Below, piece after piece: positions 1-11,069 of a stretch of DNA of 64,000 nucleotides. The stretch is taken from positions 13,136-77,135 of the forward strand of contig CAINNK010000008.1 of NCBI GenBank assembly GCA_903851135.1, given 5' to 3'. Both the position numbers and the translations under genes were made by a program. The notes beneath the pieces were generated by a model. The model ran no database searches. It was given only the letters and a program-made list of their open reading frames with translations, and was not told where the DNA came from. The first letter of the stretch is position 1. The number at the start of each line of letters is the position of its first letter. The DNA is from an uncultured bacterium (GTDB taxonomy: Bacteria; Patescibacteriota; Minisyncoccia; Moranbacterales; GWC2-37-73).

Positions 1-2
1 TT

Positions 3-1379
3 TCTTCATATTTTAGAGGTTATAAAACCGATGCGAATATACGAATTGATGCGAATCTGCGAATAAAACATTTAGAACAAGTTGAACATTTACAACACCT
101 AGAACATAATTTCGTGCCTGGGCGGAGTGAGTGGATTGGGTCGATGATGCCGTTGGTGGAAGAGGTTGAATTTGAGCAAACGGATTCAGTGCTGGAAGCT
201 TTGATCTTAGAAAGCAATCTCATCAAAAAACATCAGCCAAAATATAACACCCTGGAAAAAGATGACAAAAGTTTTGCCTATTTTGTGATCACCAAAGAAG
301 AATTCCCAAAGGTGTTGATAATGCGCAAGACGGATATTGAAAAAGTTCACAATTCACAGTTGTTGGTTCATAGAAAAAAAGCAATCAAAAAAAGGCCTGT
401 TGACGGTGAACTAGTAACTAAGAACATTTACGGGCCTTATACGAGCAAGCAGCAGATGCAGATTGCGCTGAAAATCATGCGGCGGATTTTTCCGTTCCAC
501 GGCGGCAAGCAGAAAACCGAGAAGGGCTGTTTGGATTTTCAATTGGGATTGTGTCCGGGGCCGTATGCTGGTGCAATCTCCAAAGAAGACTACAAGAAAA
601 ATATTGATGGCATCAAGCTGATTTTGAGCGGCAAGAAAAAAAGACTGCTTTCCGGCTTAGAAAAAGAAATGAAAATTTTGGCCAAGCAAAATGAATTTGA
701 AAAAGCGGCGCAGGTTCGGAACAAGATTTTTGCCTTGCAGCACATTCGCGATGTGGCACTCATCACACGTGATATGGAATCATCGTCAACAGTTCACAGT
801 TCACATTTCACAGATGCGAACGAATTATCGAGGGGGATAGGAACTGTGAACCGTGAACCAAGAACTATCCGAATCGAGGCGTATGACATTTCGAATATTT
901 CCGGCACTGATGCAGTGGGTTCGATGGTGGTTTTTGAAAATGGTGAGTCGAATAAAAGTCAGTATCGCAAGTTTAAAATCAAAACCGTTGATGGTAGCAA
1001 TGACGTGGCTATGATGAAAGAAGTTTTACTCAGGCGTTTCAAAAATGATTGGGCGATGCCGGATTTGATTTTGCTTGATGGTGGAATTGGTCACGTTAAT
1101 ATGGCTGAAAAATTGTTGCGTCAAGAGCTGGGCTTGGACGTTGCGATTGTTGGGGTGGCAAAAGGACCAACGAGGAAAAATCTCAAATTACAAATGGCAA
1201 ATTCTCACCCAAAGGGTGATCAGCCTTTGGCTGACAATAAAGTTCCAATGACTCAATTTCCAAAACAGTTGCAGAATTTTTTGAATGATAAGAATTTGGT
1301 CAAAAGTATTATGGATGAGGCGCATCGTTTTGCGATTACGTTTCACAGGAAACTGAGAGGGAAGAATGCACTAAAATAA
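3..1379 (+). CDS. uvrC: Excinuclease ABC subunit C, 5'-truncated by the window edge, short form without C-terminal HhH domain; carries four repeat-derived in-frame insertions
   Basis: Frame is open from base 3 (SSYFRG...), so the GTG at 114 is not the start. Motifs EALILESNLIKKHQPKYN, CLDFQLGLCPGPY, FEKAAQVRN (UVR), RIEAYDISN, PDLILLDGG, DEAHRFAITFHR. Confidence 0.95.
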   Translation, partial: SSYFRGYKTDANIRIDANLRIKHLEQVEHLQHLEHNFVPGRSEWIGSMMPLVEEVEFEQTDSVLEALILESNLIKKHQPKYNTLEKDDKSFAYFVITKEEFPKVLIMRKTDIEKVHNSQLLVHRKKAIKKRPVDGELVTKNIYGPYTSKQQMQIALKIMRRIFPFHGGKQKTEKGCLDFQLGLCPGPYAGAISKEDYKKNIDGIKLILSGKKKRLLSGLEKEMKILAKQNEFEKAAQVRNKIFALQHIRDVALITRDMESSSTVHSSHFTDANELSRGIGTVNREPRTIRIEAYDISNISGTDAVGSMVVFENGESNKSQYRKFKIKTVDGSNDVAMMKEVLLRRFKNDWAMPDLILLDGGIGHVNMAEKLLRQELGLDVAIVGVAKGPTRKNLKLQMANSHPKGDQPLADNKVPMTQFPKQLQNFLNDKNLVKSIMDEAHRFAITFHRKLRGKNALK

Positions 1380-1424
1380 TATATGATACTTTGCGTATTT
1401 AGAGAGTGAGGGTATAATTAAATT

Positions 1425-1817
1425 ATGCGAAAAATATTGAGAAAATATTTAACGGGTTTAATGCTGGCGGCCATCGTCTTGGTGGTTGGTGGTTTTTGCA
1501 GTGCGCCGATGGCGGGCGCTTCTTCGTCTGAGATGAACGGAATGACTGAGATTAGTGATGTTCATTGTGGGTCGGCTGACCACCTTGCGAAACATAAGGC
1601 TCCGATTAGCGACGCAATGATGCCGTGCTGCGTGGAAAAACATGACAATTCGTCAGTTTTCACGCCAGTTGCGCCAAATGAAAAAATCAGATTCGAGCAA
1701 GTTTCGATTGCTGAGCAATCGGTTTTGCTAGTTCAAACGATAAATCAAAAAACTTATGCTTCTTCGTCGTCTCCTCCGGAGCCTGACCTTCTTTTTTCTA
1801 GCGTGCGACTAGAATGA
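1425..1817 (+). CDS. Hypothetical exported protein with His/Cys/Met-rich segment and C-terminal SPP motif, upstream of the copper genes
   Basis: Signal-peptide-like N-terminus, HCG...HLAKH...MMPCC, ends SSSPPEPDLLFSSVRLE; TTGCGT/TATAAT promoter-like site at about 1391-1418. Confidence 0.6.
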   Translation: MRKILRKYLTGLMLAAIVLVVGGFCSAPMAGASSSEMNGMTEISDVHCGSADHLAKHKAPISDAMMPCCVEKHDNSSVFTPVAPNEKIRFEQVSIAEQSVLLVQTINQKTYASSSSPPEPDLLFSSVRLE

Positions 1818-2114
1818 AAAAATCTTTAACCTTGTTTTGAGGCAAGGTTGTTTGTGGTGGGCGATACATTGCAACACTTCGCTCGCATACGTTTTTGTTT
1901 TTATCCTAGTGAAAGTTTTTTTTGACTATTGGAAATTTTGACGCCAAGGTAAATCACTTTCAAACGAAAAAACAAAAAGTATGTTCGCTCGCTTCGTATG
2001 GTTCAGAGAAAAATGCAGAAGTGTGAAATTCTAAAATCTAGAATCTAAAATCTAGAATCTAAAATCTGCTCTCGTGTATTCGTAGGTTTATTAAAAATAT
2101 AAAAAATTATAGAT

Positions 2115-3569
2115 ATGAATAATAAAATAATTGTTCCGATTGCCGGCATGCATTGCCGCAGCTGCGAACTTTTGGTTGAGGACAGTTTGTCAGAAGTTAC
2201 AGGCGTTCGGCGCAGTGTGGTTAATTTCAAAAAGGGCACGGCTGAAATTAATTTTGACGGGCAAAAACCTAATGAGGTTGAAATTGAAAAAGCAATTCGC
2301 GGTGCTGGGTATAGCCTTGGCAGTGACAAACCAAAAACTTGGCTGAGCAAAAATCCCGAGGATTATAAAGATTTGGCAGTGGCTGGAATTTTTTTGGTTG
2401 GTTTGTTTATTGTTGCGAAAAATCTCGGGCTGACAAATGTCAATCTTGGTGGCGTTTCAAATCCATCTAGTTTGGGCGTGGTTTTTTTGGTGGGAATTAC
2501 GGCTGGGCTTTCAACTTGCATGGCCTTGGTGGGTGGGCTGATTTTGGGAATTGCGGCCAGGCATAATGAGAAACATCCTGAGGCGAGCGCAATGCAAAAA
2601 TTCAGGCCGCATTTGTTTTTTAATCTCGGAAGAATTGGTGGCTATGCATTTTTCGGAGCAATTCTTGGCTCACTTGGCTCAGCCTTGCAAATGTCAGGTC
2701 TAGTTTTGGGAATTTTGACTATTGCAGTTGGGCTGGTGATGTTGGCGCTGGGAGTTAAATTGTTGGGAATTTTTCCGCGTTTGGAAAATGCTGCCATTTC
2801 TTTGCCAACAAGTGTGGCTAAATTCTTTGGAATCAAAAAAGAAGTTAAAGAATATAGTCATTGCGGTTCAATGCTCACGGGCGCCCTGACATTTTTTCTG
2901 CCTTGCGGTTTCACCCAGGCGATGCAACTTTTTGCAGTGAGCTCTGGCAGTCCTGTTCAAGGGGGTTTGATTATGGGCATTTTTGCTCTTGGAACGGCGC
3001 CAGGTTTGCTTGGGGTGGGCGCTATCACTTCAGTTGTGAAAGGAATTTTTGCTAAACGTTTTTTCAAGTTTGCAGGAGTCCTGGTGATCATCTTGGCATT
3101 CTTCAATATTGCCAATGGCTTTAATTTGGCAGGCTGGCAGAATCCAACAGTTAACAGTTCACAGTCAACAGTTCATAGTCAAAGTGTTGATCCGAATGTG
3201 AAGATGGAAAATGGGGCGCAGGTAGTTAGTATGGTTGAGGCTGGCAGTGGATATTCACCGAACAAGTTTACTATCAAAAAAGGTGTGCCAGTGCGCTGGG
3301 TGATTGATGCTCAAGCTCCAAATTCTTGTGCTAGCAGTATTTTGGTTTCAAGTTTGAATATTCGAAAAACTTTAACAGCAGGACAAAACGTGATTGAATT
3401 TACGCCAAAGGAGGTTGGCAAAATTCCATTTTCTTGCGGCATGGGGATGTATACTGGTGTTTTCAATGTGGTGGATGACCAAGGCAATGGCGCTGGCGCA
3501 GTTGATGAAAAAGCTCCGGGCGCTAATATTCCTAGTGGAGTCTGCACTGTTAACGGATGTGGGAATTAA
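2115..3569 (+). CDS. HMA domain + DsbD_2/TauE-SafE-type membrane domain + cupredoxin-like C-terminal domain (copper homeostasis)
   Basis: GMHCRSC metal-binding motif, multi-TM core with STCMALVGG and FFLPCGFTQAMQ, C-terminal FSCGMGMYTG. Confidence 0.85.
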   Translation: MNNKIIVPIAGMHCRSCELLVEDSLSEVTGVRRSVVNFKKGTAEINFDGQKPNEVEIEKAIRGAGYSLGSDKPKTWLSKNPEDYKDLAVAGIFLVGLFIVAKNLGLTNVNLGGVSNPSSLGVVFLVGITAGLSTCMALVGGLILGIAARHNEKHPEASAMQKFRPHLFFNLGRIGGYAFFGAILGSLGSALQMSGLVLGILTIAVGLVMLALGVKLLGIFPRLENAAISLPTSVAKFFGIKKEVKEYSHCGSMLTGALTFFLPCGFTQAMQLFAVSSGSPVQGGLIMGIFALGTAPGLLGVGAITSVVKGIFAKRFFKFAGVLVIILAFFNIANGFNLAGWQNPTVNSSQSTVHSQSVDPNVKMENGAQVVSMVEAGSGYSPNKFTIKKGVPVRWVIDAQAPNSCASSILVSSLNIRKTLTAGQNVIEFTPKEVGKIPFSCGMGMYTGVFNVVDDQGNGAGAVDEKAPGANIPSGVCTVNGCGN

Positions 3570-3718
3570 GTTTTTAAAACCGATACGAAACTACGAAACA
3601 AATCCGAATCTACGAACAGGTTTTGATGAATAGAAATGTTTTTGTATATTAGTATATTCGTAAGAGATTAGTAATTTAGTGGGGCAAGGGTAGTTTTAAA
3701 TTCTAAAACTTAGTTATT

Positions 3719-6139
3719 ATGAAAAGAATAAATTTATCCCTTTCTGGCATGCATTGCACTTCGTGCGCAATGTTGGTCGAGAGAACGCTTGGAAAAACGC
3801 CTGGCGTCCAAAAAGCTAGTGTGAATTTTCCGGCTGAAAAAGTTTTGGTTGATTTTGATGAGCAGATAACTGATGTGCAAAAAATCATCGCAGCCATTGG
3901 GCGGGGTGGTTATGGTGCGCAAGAAGTTGATGCTAAAGATAGTGAGTTTGAAGGCAAGAAAATAGCCAAAGAAGTTTCTGATTATTTCAGTAGGTTTATT
4001 TTCAGTGCAATTTTGAGCTCTCCAATGCTGTATTTCATGCTGCTGGATTTTTTCAAGTGGCTGCCTGGTGAAAAAGGCCTGGCACCATACGTGGGAATTT
4101 TCTCGCTGCTGCTGACGATTCCGGTGCAGTTTGTGGTTGGCAAAGATTTTTATAAAGGCATGTGGGCGGCACTGAAAATGAAAACTTTCAACATGGATAG
4201 CTTGATTGCAATTGGGACTTCGACGGCTTTTTTCTATAGTTCGTATAATTTTGCAACTTATGCAATTGCCAACAAGTCTGTGATTGGAGCGGGCGGAGCG
4301 AAAATTCCAGATCTCTATTTCGAAACCGCTGCCTATTTGATAACCTTCGTTATTTTGGGAAAGTGGTTGGAAATTCGCACTAAGGGAAAAACTTCTGATG
4401 CTATCAAAAAGTTGATGGGAATGCAGGCTAAGACTGCACGTGTCCTTCGGCAGGCTCAAGATAAAATTATCGAGATTGATATTCCGATTGAAGAAGTTGT
4501 GCATGGTGACATTATTCTTGTGCGTCCGGGAGAAAAAGTTCCAGTGGATGGAAAAATGACCAAAGGCGCATCTTCAGTGGATGAGTCCATGCTTACTGGG
4601 GAAAGTTTACCGGTAGAAAAAAGTGTCGGTAGCTTCGTGGTTGGAGGAACAATCAACAAGACTGGAAGTTTTGAATTTGAGGCCACAAAAATTGGCTCAG
4701 AAACGACGTTGGCTCAGATTATCCGCCTGATTGAAGAGGCTCAGGGATCAAAAGCACCGATTCAAAATTTTGCTGACAAAATTGCAGCTTGGTTTGTGCC
4801 AGCTGTAATTGGGCTTGCAATACTAACGTTTCTTGCTTGGTTCTTCGTGCTTGGCGGAACTTTGGCATTTTCACTTATGGCTTTCACTTCAGTGATTGTG
4901 ATTGCCTGCCCTTGTGCGTTGGGATTGGCCACGCCAACTTCCTTAATGGTGGGAACTGGCAAGGGTGCTGAGTATGGAGTGCTCGTGAAAGGTGGAGAAG
5001 CGCTTGAAGCAGCCAGTAATATTTCAGCGGTAATCTTTGACAAAACTGGAACACTTACTCATGGGAAACCGCAGGTGACGGATATCATGTCAATTGGCGA
5101 CATGGACGAGGATGAGATATTGGCAGTTTCCGCAAGTCTGGAAAAGCTTTCTGAACATCCCTTGGCGGAAGCGATTTATACGCATGCTCAAGAAAAAAAT
5201 ATCAACTTAAAAAATGTTGATGATTTCAATTCGATTCCTGGCCATGGTGTCAAAGGTAGTATTGGCGGAGTTGTTTATCATTTTGGCAATCGCAAGTTGG
5301 CGAGTGATTTGAGAATTAGTTTTGAGCATGTTAATGCTGAGCTGGAAAAGTTGGAGAATGAAGGCAAGACAGCGATGATTTTGACCGATGAAAAAAATGT
5401 TTTGGCCATCATTGCAGTGGCGGACACTGTGAAAGAAACTTCGCGCGAAGCTGTGGCAAAATTAAAAATGATGGGCATTGAAGTTTTCATGATTACTGGT
5501 GATAATTTGCGAACTGCTAAAGCGATTGCAAAACTTGTTGGCATTGACGAGCAGCATGTTTTGGCTGAGGTTTTACCTGAGGACAAAGCTAATGTGGTTA
5601 AGGCCTTGCAAGAAAATAATGTAAAAAAGCTTTCCGAATTATTTGGAAATTGGAAATTGGAAATTGGAAATTCTCGCCAAAGGCGAGCTGTGGCTATGGT
5701 TGGTGATGGCATTAATGATGCTCCGGCTTTAGCACAGGCTAATGTGGGCATTGCGATGGGCACAGGAACTGACGTGGCGATGGAGGCAGGCGATATTGTG
5801 ATTATGAAAAGTGATTTGAATGATGTGGTGACTTCACTGCAACTTTCCAAAGAAACCATGGGCAAGATTCGGCAGAATATGTTCTTTGCTTTGTTTTATA
5901 ACGTGATTGGCATTCCGATTGCGGCTCGGGTTTTCTTTGCGTTTGGATTGATTTTAAAACCGGAATTAGCAGGCTTGGCGATGGCGATGAGTTCGATTTC
6001 GGTGGTAGGAAATTCCTTGTTGCTGCGATTATTCAAACCTGGCAAAAAGAATTATATTTCAATGATTGCTCCAGTATTCATGGTCGTTGTTTTCACTTTT
6101 GGATTTGTGTTGTTTGCCAAGTTGAGTAGTGGTATGTAG
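3719..6139 (+). CDS. copA: Copper-translocating P1B-type ATPase
   Basis: [41 protein letters not shown] and MAMSS motifs. Confidence 0.93.
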   Translation: MKRINLSLSGMHCTSCAMLVERTLGKTPGVQKASVNFPAEKVLVDFDEQITDVQKIIAAIGRGGYGAQEVDAKDSEFEGKKIAKEVSDYFSRFIFSAILSSPMLYFMLLDFFKWLPGEKGLAPYVGIFSLLLTIPVQFVVGKDFYKGMWAALKMKTFNMDSLIAIGTSTAFFYSSYNFATYAIANKSVIGAGGAKIPDLYFETAAYLITFVILGKWLEIRTKGKTSDAIKKLMGMQAKTARVLRQAQDKIIEIDIPIEEVVHGDIILVRPGEKVPVDGKMTKGASSVDESMLTGESLPVEKSVGSFVVGGTINKTGSFEFEATKIGSETTLAQIIRLIEEAQGSKAPIQNFADKIAAWFVPAVIGLAILTFLAWFFVLGGTLAFSLMAFTSVIVIACPCALGLATPTSLMVGTGKGAEYGVLVKGGEALEAASNISAVIFDKTGTLTHGKPQVTDIMSIGDMDEDEILAVSASLEKLSEHPLAEAIYTHAQEKNINLKNVDDFNSIPGHGVKGSIGGVVYHFGNRKLASDLRISFEHVNAELEKLENEGKTAMILTDEKNVLAIIAVADTVKETSREAVAKLKMMGIEVFMITGDNLRTAKAIAKLVGIDEQHVLAEVLPEDKANVVKALQENNVKKLSELFGNWKLEIGNSRQRRAVAMVGDGINDAPALAQANVGIAMGTGTDVAMEAGDIVIMKSDLNDVVTSLQLSKETMGKIRQNMFFALFYNVIGIPIAARVFFAFGLILKPELAGLAMAMSSISVVGNSLLLRLFKPGKKNYISMIAPVFMVVVFTFGFVLFAKLSSGM

Positions 6140-6183
6140 TGAAATATTCTTGCAAAATTGACGTATTAATTAACGCCTTAATT

Positions 6184-6289
6184 TGTCATCCTAAATTTAT
6201 TTCAGGATCTTGGTTGGAGGAGGTTTTGTGAGGTGGAGAAAGCAGATTCTGAAACCCTCCAGAGGCGGACAGGCAAGTTCAGAATGACA
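6184..6289. repeat. Palindromic REP/RPE-like element (TGTCATCCT...TTCAGGATCT / AGATTCTGAAA...GTTCAGAATGACA) with a nested 19-nt insert
   Basis: Terminal inverted arms; an intact second copy lies at 46264-46350. Confidence 0.75.
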
Positions 6290-6367
6290 GGAGTGTATTA
6301 CTATTTGTAGATTTGTAGCAGATTTGTATATTTGTAGGGTGTAATTTTTAATTAATTCAAAAAACAT

Positions 6368-6640
6368 ATGATGTATGGATATGGCGTAAGTCATGGCGTG
6401 GGTTTGTTTGGGGAAATTTTTTCGTTGATTTTCTGGGCGGCGATAATTTGGCTTATTATAACCCTGGTGCGCGGCGGTCATCAACATGGCAAAAGTTGTT
6501 GTGGCGGGCATGGCGACGAGCAAAGGCCTGATAACGCCACGGAAATTTTGCGCCAGCGCTTTGCCAAAGGTGAAATTTCCAAGGAAGAATTTGAAAGCAG
6601 AAGCGCCGTGCTTGAAGGCAAAAAAGTGGAGGAAAAATAA
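6368..6640 (+). CDS. Small membrane protein with SHOCT domain and His/Cys-rich linker
   Basis: One TM helix, HQHGKSCCGGHG, EILRQRFAKGEISKEEF. Confidence 0.85.
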   Translation: MMYGYGVSHGVGLFGEIFSLIFWAAIIWLIITLVRGGHQHGKSCCGGHGDEQRPDNATEILRQRFAKGEISKEEFESRSAVLEGKKVEEK

Positions 6641-6655
6641 GGTTTATCTGAAAAG

Positions 6656-6685
6656 AAAAATCAGAGTCTAGGCTCTGATTTTTTT
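6656..6685 (+). terminator. Rho-independent (probably bidirectional) terminator
   Basis: AAAAATCAGAGT CTA GGCTCTGATTTTTTT hairpin after the SHOCT gene. Confidence 0.7.
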
Positions 6686-6823
6686 AATGTCTCAAGTTTT
6701 ATACCCTACATTCAATATTGACAGAAAAATAATTTATTGATAGCATCATATATCCACCTTAATAAACAATCATAACTATGATTTATAACTTTAACTGAAG
6801 ACTAACTAAGGGAGATACAAGCC

Positions 6824-7228
6824 ATGCTGGAAAATGCAAGAGAAATCGCCGTTGAGCGATGTGTTACGCAGCTCATTGAAGATAGTTTTTACAAGGGCTA
6901 CTTGAAAATTGGTGGTATGCAAATTGATTATGAGGCGACGTTCTTGATACCAGTTTCCAAACTCCATACTTCTGGCTGGAAATCTCTCAAGTGTATCGCA
7001 GAGGTTCGCAAGATTTTCCAGCTAACCTTGAGCAGTAAAGATAGTAATTTTATTGAAATGAGTGATGACGAAGCTGGTTTTTTCATTGGCATGCTCTTCT
7101 CTTTTATCATTGAAAACTTTAGTGAATCAGTATTTACTGTTAGTATAATTCACAATAGCAAAATTTACGTTAAGGATGATAAACTGATCAACATTTTGAG
7201 TGACAAAAAATATGGCTGTAAATTTTAA
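6824..7228 (+). CDS. Hypothetical protein (stand-alone cassette)
   Basis: 134-aa ORF with TTGACA promoter at about 6718, AGGGAG SD and a hairpin plus T-run at about 7248-7295. Confidence 0.6.
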   Translation: MLENAREIAVERCVTQLIEDSFYKGYLKIGGMQIDYEATFLIPVSKLHTSGWKSLKCIAEVRKIFQLTLSSKDSNFIEMSDDEAGFFIGMLFSFIIENFSESVFTVSIIHNSKIYVKDDKLINILSDKKYGCKF

Positions 7229-7537
7229 GAAAGAATGCAGCCGCAATTGACCGTTCAAGAGAAGGCTTCCCTTGGGCGGTCTTCTTTTATTTATTTTTAA
7301 GTTAATAGTGAAATTTAATAGTTGCTGTTTAATTCAACCCTTTACATATTCCCATTTTTCTGATACCATTTTTAATTAGCAAATACTTGAACTGTAGAAT
7401 GTATTTTGTATTAGGTATAATGTATTTGGTATGAAATATTACATCATATAGCAGGTGATTTTGCGAAACAAATTTATACATTATACATCATACCTGCCTA
7501 TCGGACAGGCAGGCAAGATACTAAATACATAAATACT

Positions 7538-10330
7538 ATGGCTTCCAAAAAAACAACTTCAAACAATGTGCGGGACATTGTTATTAAGGGTGCGCGGGTG
7601 AACAATTTGAAAAACATTGATGTCACAATTCCGCGCGACAAATTTGTGGTCATCACTGGGCTTTCTGGGTCTGGAAAATCCTCACTGGCTTTTGATACGA
7701 TTTATGCTGAAGGAAATCGCAGGTATATGGAAGGACTTTCTTCTTATGCACGCAATTTCTTGGATCCTTCAGTCAAGCCCGACGTCGATAAAATTGAAAA
7801 TCTTTCGCCGCCGATTTCGATTGACCAAAAAAGCATCTCACGCTCTCCACGTTCAACTGTGGGAACACTGACGGAAGTGTATGATTATTTGCGCATTTTG
7901 TATGCCAAAGTTGGCATCATTCATTGTCCGGAGTGTGGCACTTCCATGCAAAAAAGAAGCAATCGTGAAATTTTGGATGAGATTTTGACTTTTTCTCATC
8001 ACACGCAAATTGCTATCTTGGCCAAACCGAAAGATGCTTCAACTGGCAAAGAACTTTTGCGCCACATTCAACGGTTGGGTTATGCACGGGTGCGCTTTGG
8101 CGAGAAAATGTACACCATCACGGATGCACTTTCTTTGGATGAAACTGAAATTATCGGTGAAATTGAAATGGTGATTGATCGTGTGGTGTTGGACAAGAAA
8201 AACCCTGACAATGAACGGATGTTAGATTCAATCGAAACGGCCATGAAAATGGGCAACAATTCGATGAAAATTTTGTTTGATAATGTGGAGGAACGCAGTT
8301 ATAATCAAGATTTTTTTTGCAGCAAATGCGGAATCAAAATTAAGGAAGTGACGCCGCGTCATTTTTCTTTCAACTCTCCAGAAGGAGCTTGTGACACTTG
8401 TAGTGGTCTGGGGTATACCTTGAAAGTCAATCAAGAGTTGGTGGTTCCAAACAAAAATCTTTCTATTTTAGAGGGAGCAATTCTTCCTTGGAGCAAGTCA
8501 GGCGGAAAAATCAATGGACAAAATAGTCAACTGCTTTTACTTAAAGAAGTTGCCAAAAAACACAAATTTTCTTTGAGTGTGCCGATGAAAAAACTTTCCA
8601 AGAAACAATGGGACGTGGTTCTTTTTGGTGGTGAAGGTTTTGAGGGCGTGATTCCAGCCTTGGAGAAAAAATATTTTGAAACAAAATCGGAATATTTGCG
8701 CAGTGAAATTGAGAAATATATGACCGGCCGTACTTGCGAGACTTGTCAGGGAAAAAGACTCAAGAAAGAATTTTTGGCCGTTGAAATCAATGGGAAAACT
8801 ATTGATGATTTGGTTTGTTTGAGCATCACTCATCTGCGAGAATTTTTTGAAAAGGCTGGCATCTGGAGTCAGACAACTCAAGAAAAAGAAATTGAGCGAC
8901 CGGTTTTTCGAGAAATTTTGCAGCGTCTCAAGGCATTGGAAAATGTTGGTTTGGAATATTTGAATTTGGGGCGCAGTGCGCAAACAATTTCTGGCGGCGA
9001 AGCGCAGCGTATTCGTTTGGCGGCGCAACTTAATTCTCAACTAATGGGAATTGTCTATGTTTTGGATGAGCCTTCTATTGGCCTGCATAGTCGCGATACG
9101 GAAAAATTGATTGCCACGATGCGTCAGCTGCAAAATGTGGGTAATTCTTTGATCGTGGTTGAACATGACGAAAGTATTATTAGGGCGGCTGATTGGATTG
9201 TGGACATGGGACCTGGCGCCGGAGAAGAAGGCGGCATCGTGGTTTTTGAGGGTGACTACAAGAAACTCATCAAAAGCAAAAATCTGACGGCGCAATATAT
9301 TTCCAAAAAGAAAAAAGTTTCTGACAAGAAAAAATATCGAACTGGTAATGGCAAGCAAATTGAAATCATCGGTGCCACGGAGCACAACCTTAAAAACATT
9401 GATGTGGCTATTCCATTGCACAAGTTCGTGGCTATTTGCGGCGTGTCCGGCTCTGGGAAATCAACTTTGGTCAAGGACATTTTGTCCAAAGCTTTGTCAC
9501 GACATTTTTATGGCAACAAAGATTTGCCAGGCAAACACAAAAAAATCAAAGGTTTTGAAAACGTCAAAAAAGTCATTAGCATTAATCAAAATCCAATCGG
9601 ACGCACACCGCGTTCTAATGCCGCGACCTATACGGGCGTGTTCTCGCACATTCGTGATCTTTTTGCTAGCGTGGAAGAAGCCAAGGCTCGCAACTATACG
9701 GCTAGTCGTTTTAGTTTTAACATGAAAGGCGGACGCTGCGAAGTTTGTCAGGGAGATGGTTCGCGAAAAATTGAAATGCATTTACTGCCGGATGTGTATG
9801 TGAAATGTGAAGCTTGTGACGGTACGCGTTTTTCCAAAAAGACTTTGGAAATTGAATATAAAGGATTTAACATCGCGCAAATTTTGGATATGGATGTGCG
9901 CTTGGCGCTACGATTTTTTGCCAGGCACCCGCTGATTGCCGAGAAACTTAAAACTATGGAAGATGTAGGTCTGGGCTATTTGAAACTCGGGCAAAGTGCC
10001 ACCAATCTTTCCGGCGGCGAAGCGCAGCGCATCAAATTAGCCACAGAGCTTGCTCGCAAATCAACTGGCAATACTTTGTATATTTTGGATGAACCGACAG
10101 CAGGACTTCATTTCGATGACATTCGCAAATTGCTCACTGTGCTTAACGCCTTAGTAGACAAGGGTAACACTGTCATCGTGGTTGAACATAATCTCGACGT
10201 AGTCAGGGATGCTGATTGGGTGATTGAGCTTGGTCCGGATGGTGGAGATTTGGGAGGCTTTCTTAATTTTGAAGGCACGCCGGAGAAATTAAAGAAGGAT
10301 AAGAAGAGTTGGACCGCGAAATATTTATGA
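7538..10330 (+). CDS. uvrA: Excinuclease ABC subunit A
   Basis: Two Walker A motifs ([18 protein letters not shown]), CxxC zinc fingers, two SGGEAQRI signatures. Confidence 0.97.
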   Translation: MASKKTTSNNVRDIVIKGARVNNLKNIDVTIPRDKFVVITGLSGSGKSSLAFDTIYAEGNRRYMEGLSSYARNFLDPSVKPDVDKIENLSPPISIDQKSISRSPRSTVGTLTEVYDYLRILYAKVGIIHCPECGTSMQKRSNREILDEILTFSHHTQIAILAKPKDASTGKELLRHIQRLGYARVRFGEKMYTITDALSLDETEIIGEIEMVIDRVVLDKKNPDNERMLDSIETAMKMGNNSMKILFDNVEERSYNQDFFCSKCGIKIKEVTPRHFSFNSPEGACDTCSGLGYTLKVNQELVVPNKNLSILEGAILPWSKSGGKINGQNSQLLLLKEVAKKHKFSLSVPMKKLSKKQWDVVLFGGEGFEGVIPALEKKYFETKSEYLRSEIEKYMTGRTCETCQGKRLKKEFLAVEINGKTIDDLVCLSITHLREFFEKAGIWSQTTQEKEIERPVFREILQRLKALENVGLEYLNLGRSAQTISGGEAQRIRLAAQLNSQLMGIVYVLDEPSIGLHSRDTEKLIATMRQLQNVGNSLIVVEHDESIIRAADWIVDMGPGAGEEGGIVVFEGDYKKLIKSKNLTAQYISKKKKVSDKKKYRTGNGKQIEIIGATEHNLKNIDVAIPLHKFVAICGVSGSGKSTLVKDILSKALSRHFYGNKDLPGKHKKIKGFENVKKVISINQNPIGRTPRSNAATYTGVFSHIRDLFASVEEAKARNYTASRFSFNMKGGRCEVCQGDGSRKIEMHLLPDVYVKCEACDGTRFSKKTLEIEYKGFNIAQILDMDVRLALRFFARHPLIAEKLKTMEDVGLGYLKLGQSATNLSGGEAQRIKLATELARKSTGNTLYILDEPTAGLHFDDIRKLLTVLNALVDKGNTVIVVEHNLDVVRDADWVIELGPDGGDLGGFLNFEGTPEKLKKDKKSWTAKYL

Positions 10331-10467
10331 TTTTTTTGAGAAAAAACATAAATATTTCTAAATTGAAAAATCAAAAATCAAAATGGAAAATGGTATTTTC
10401 AAAATAGAATTCTAAATTATTTTGAATTTTTAATTGTCATTTTAATTTTTGAGATTTGCATTTTGCA

Positions 10468-10929
10468 TTAAAAAAGCAGCAAGATGATTATTGCTATTAT
10501 TGAGAAAATAATGTCATTCAGGTTGTTTCGCAGGTTCCAATCATAACGTTTGTCACCTTTGGGATAGGGATGGACCCAGCCGTGGAAATCGTAGATTTTT
10601 TTGAGAAAGTTGAAATTAAGTTTCCAATACAAGACAGTTAGTAAATCTGGGAGTAGGGAGAAAAAAGTTCCAGTGAAAATATTTTTTGCAGTTTCAATTG
10701 AAGCGTGTGAGAACTTTAGGTAAACAATGATGATAGCAAGGCCCGCAAAAAGATCAAGCGCTACTTTCCAGGCTGTATTTTTGAAAGTTGATCGGCGATT
10801 AAGATATTCTCCATGACGAAAAGTGTCGAGACAATAATGCAGCGCAATAGCCAGGGGTGCTATAATAAAAGGGTTTCTGATTTGTTTGCCCAGGGCGGCA
10901 CCGACCAGGGCGTGAGTGATTAGAATCAT
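10468..10929 (-). CDS. Hypothetical membrane protein, possibly metal-dependent hydrolase-like
   Basis: MILITHALVGA...HYCLD...LPD...H pattern; the upstream in-frame extension to 10974 is heptamer-repeat sequence, so the start is placed at 10929. Confidence 0.7.
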   Translation of the reverse strand: MILITHALVGAALGKQIRNPFIIAPLAIALHYCLDTFRHGEYLNRRSTFKNTAWKVALDLFAGLAIIIVYLKFSHASIETAKNIFTGTFFSLLPDLLTVLYWKLNFNFLKKIYDFHGWVHPYPKGDKRYDWNLRNNLNDIIFSIIAIIILLLF

Positions 10930-11069
10930 AAAACAATTTGAAATTTTTAATTTGAAATTTGAAATGAAATCCAAATGACAAAATGTTTTTAGAGTTTAAG
11001 TTATTTGGAAATTAAAAATTGAGAGTTAATTTTATTTCAGAAATTTATATTTTAACTTAAATTTTCTAT

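Noticed and set aside
114-116. GTG at 114 as the uvrC start
   Set aside because: The frame is open from the window edge and continues the GIY-YIG domain.
3734-4504. 256-aa antisense ORF and similar shadow ORFs (5278-5865, 12529-13239 and others)
   Set aside because: Fully overlap confidently identified genes on the opposite strand and show no motifs.
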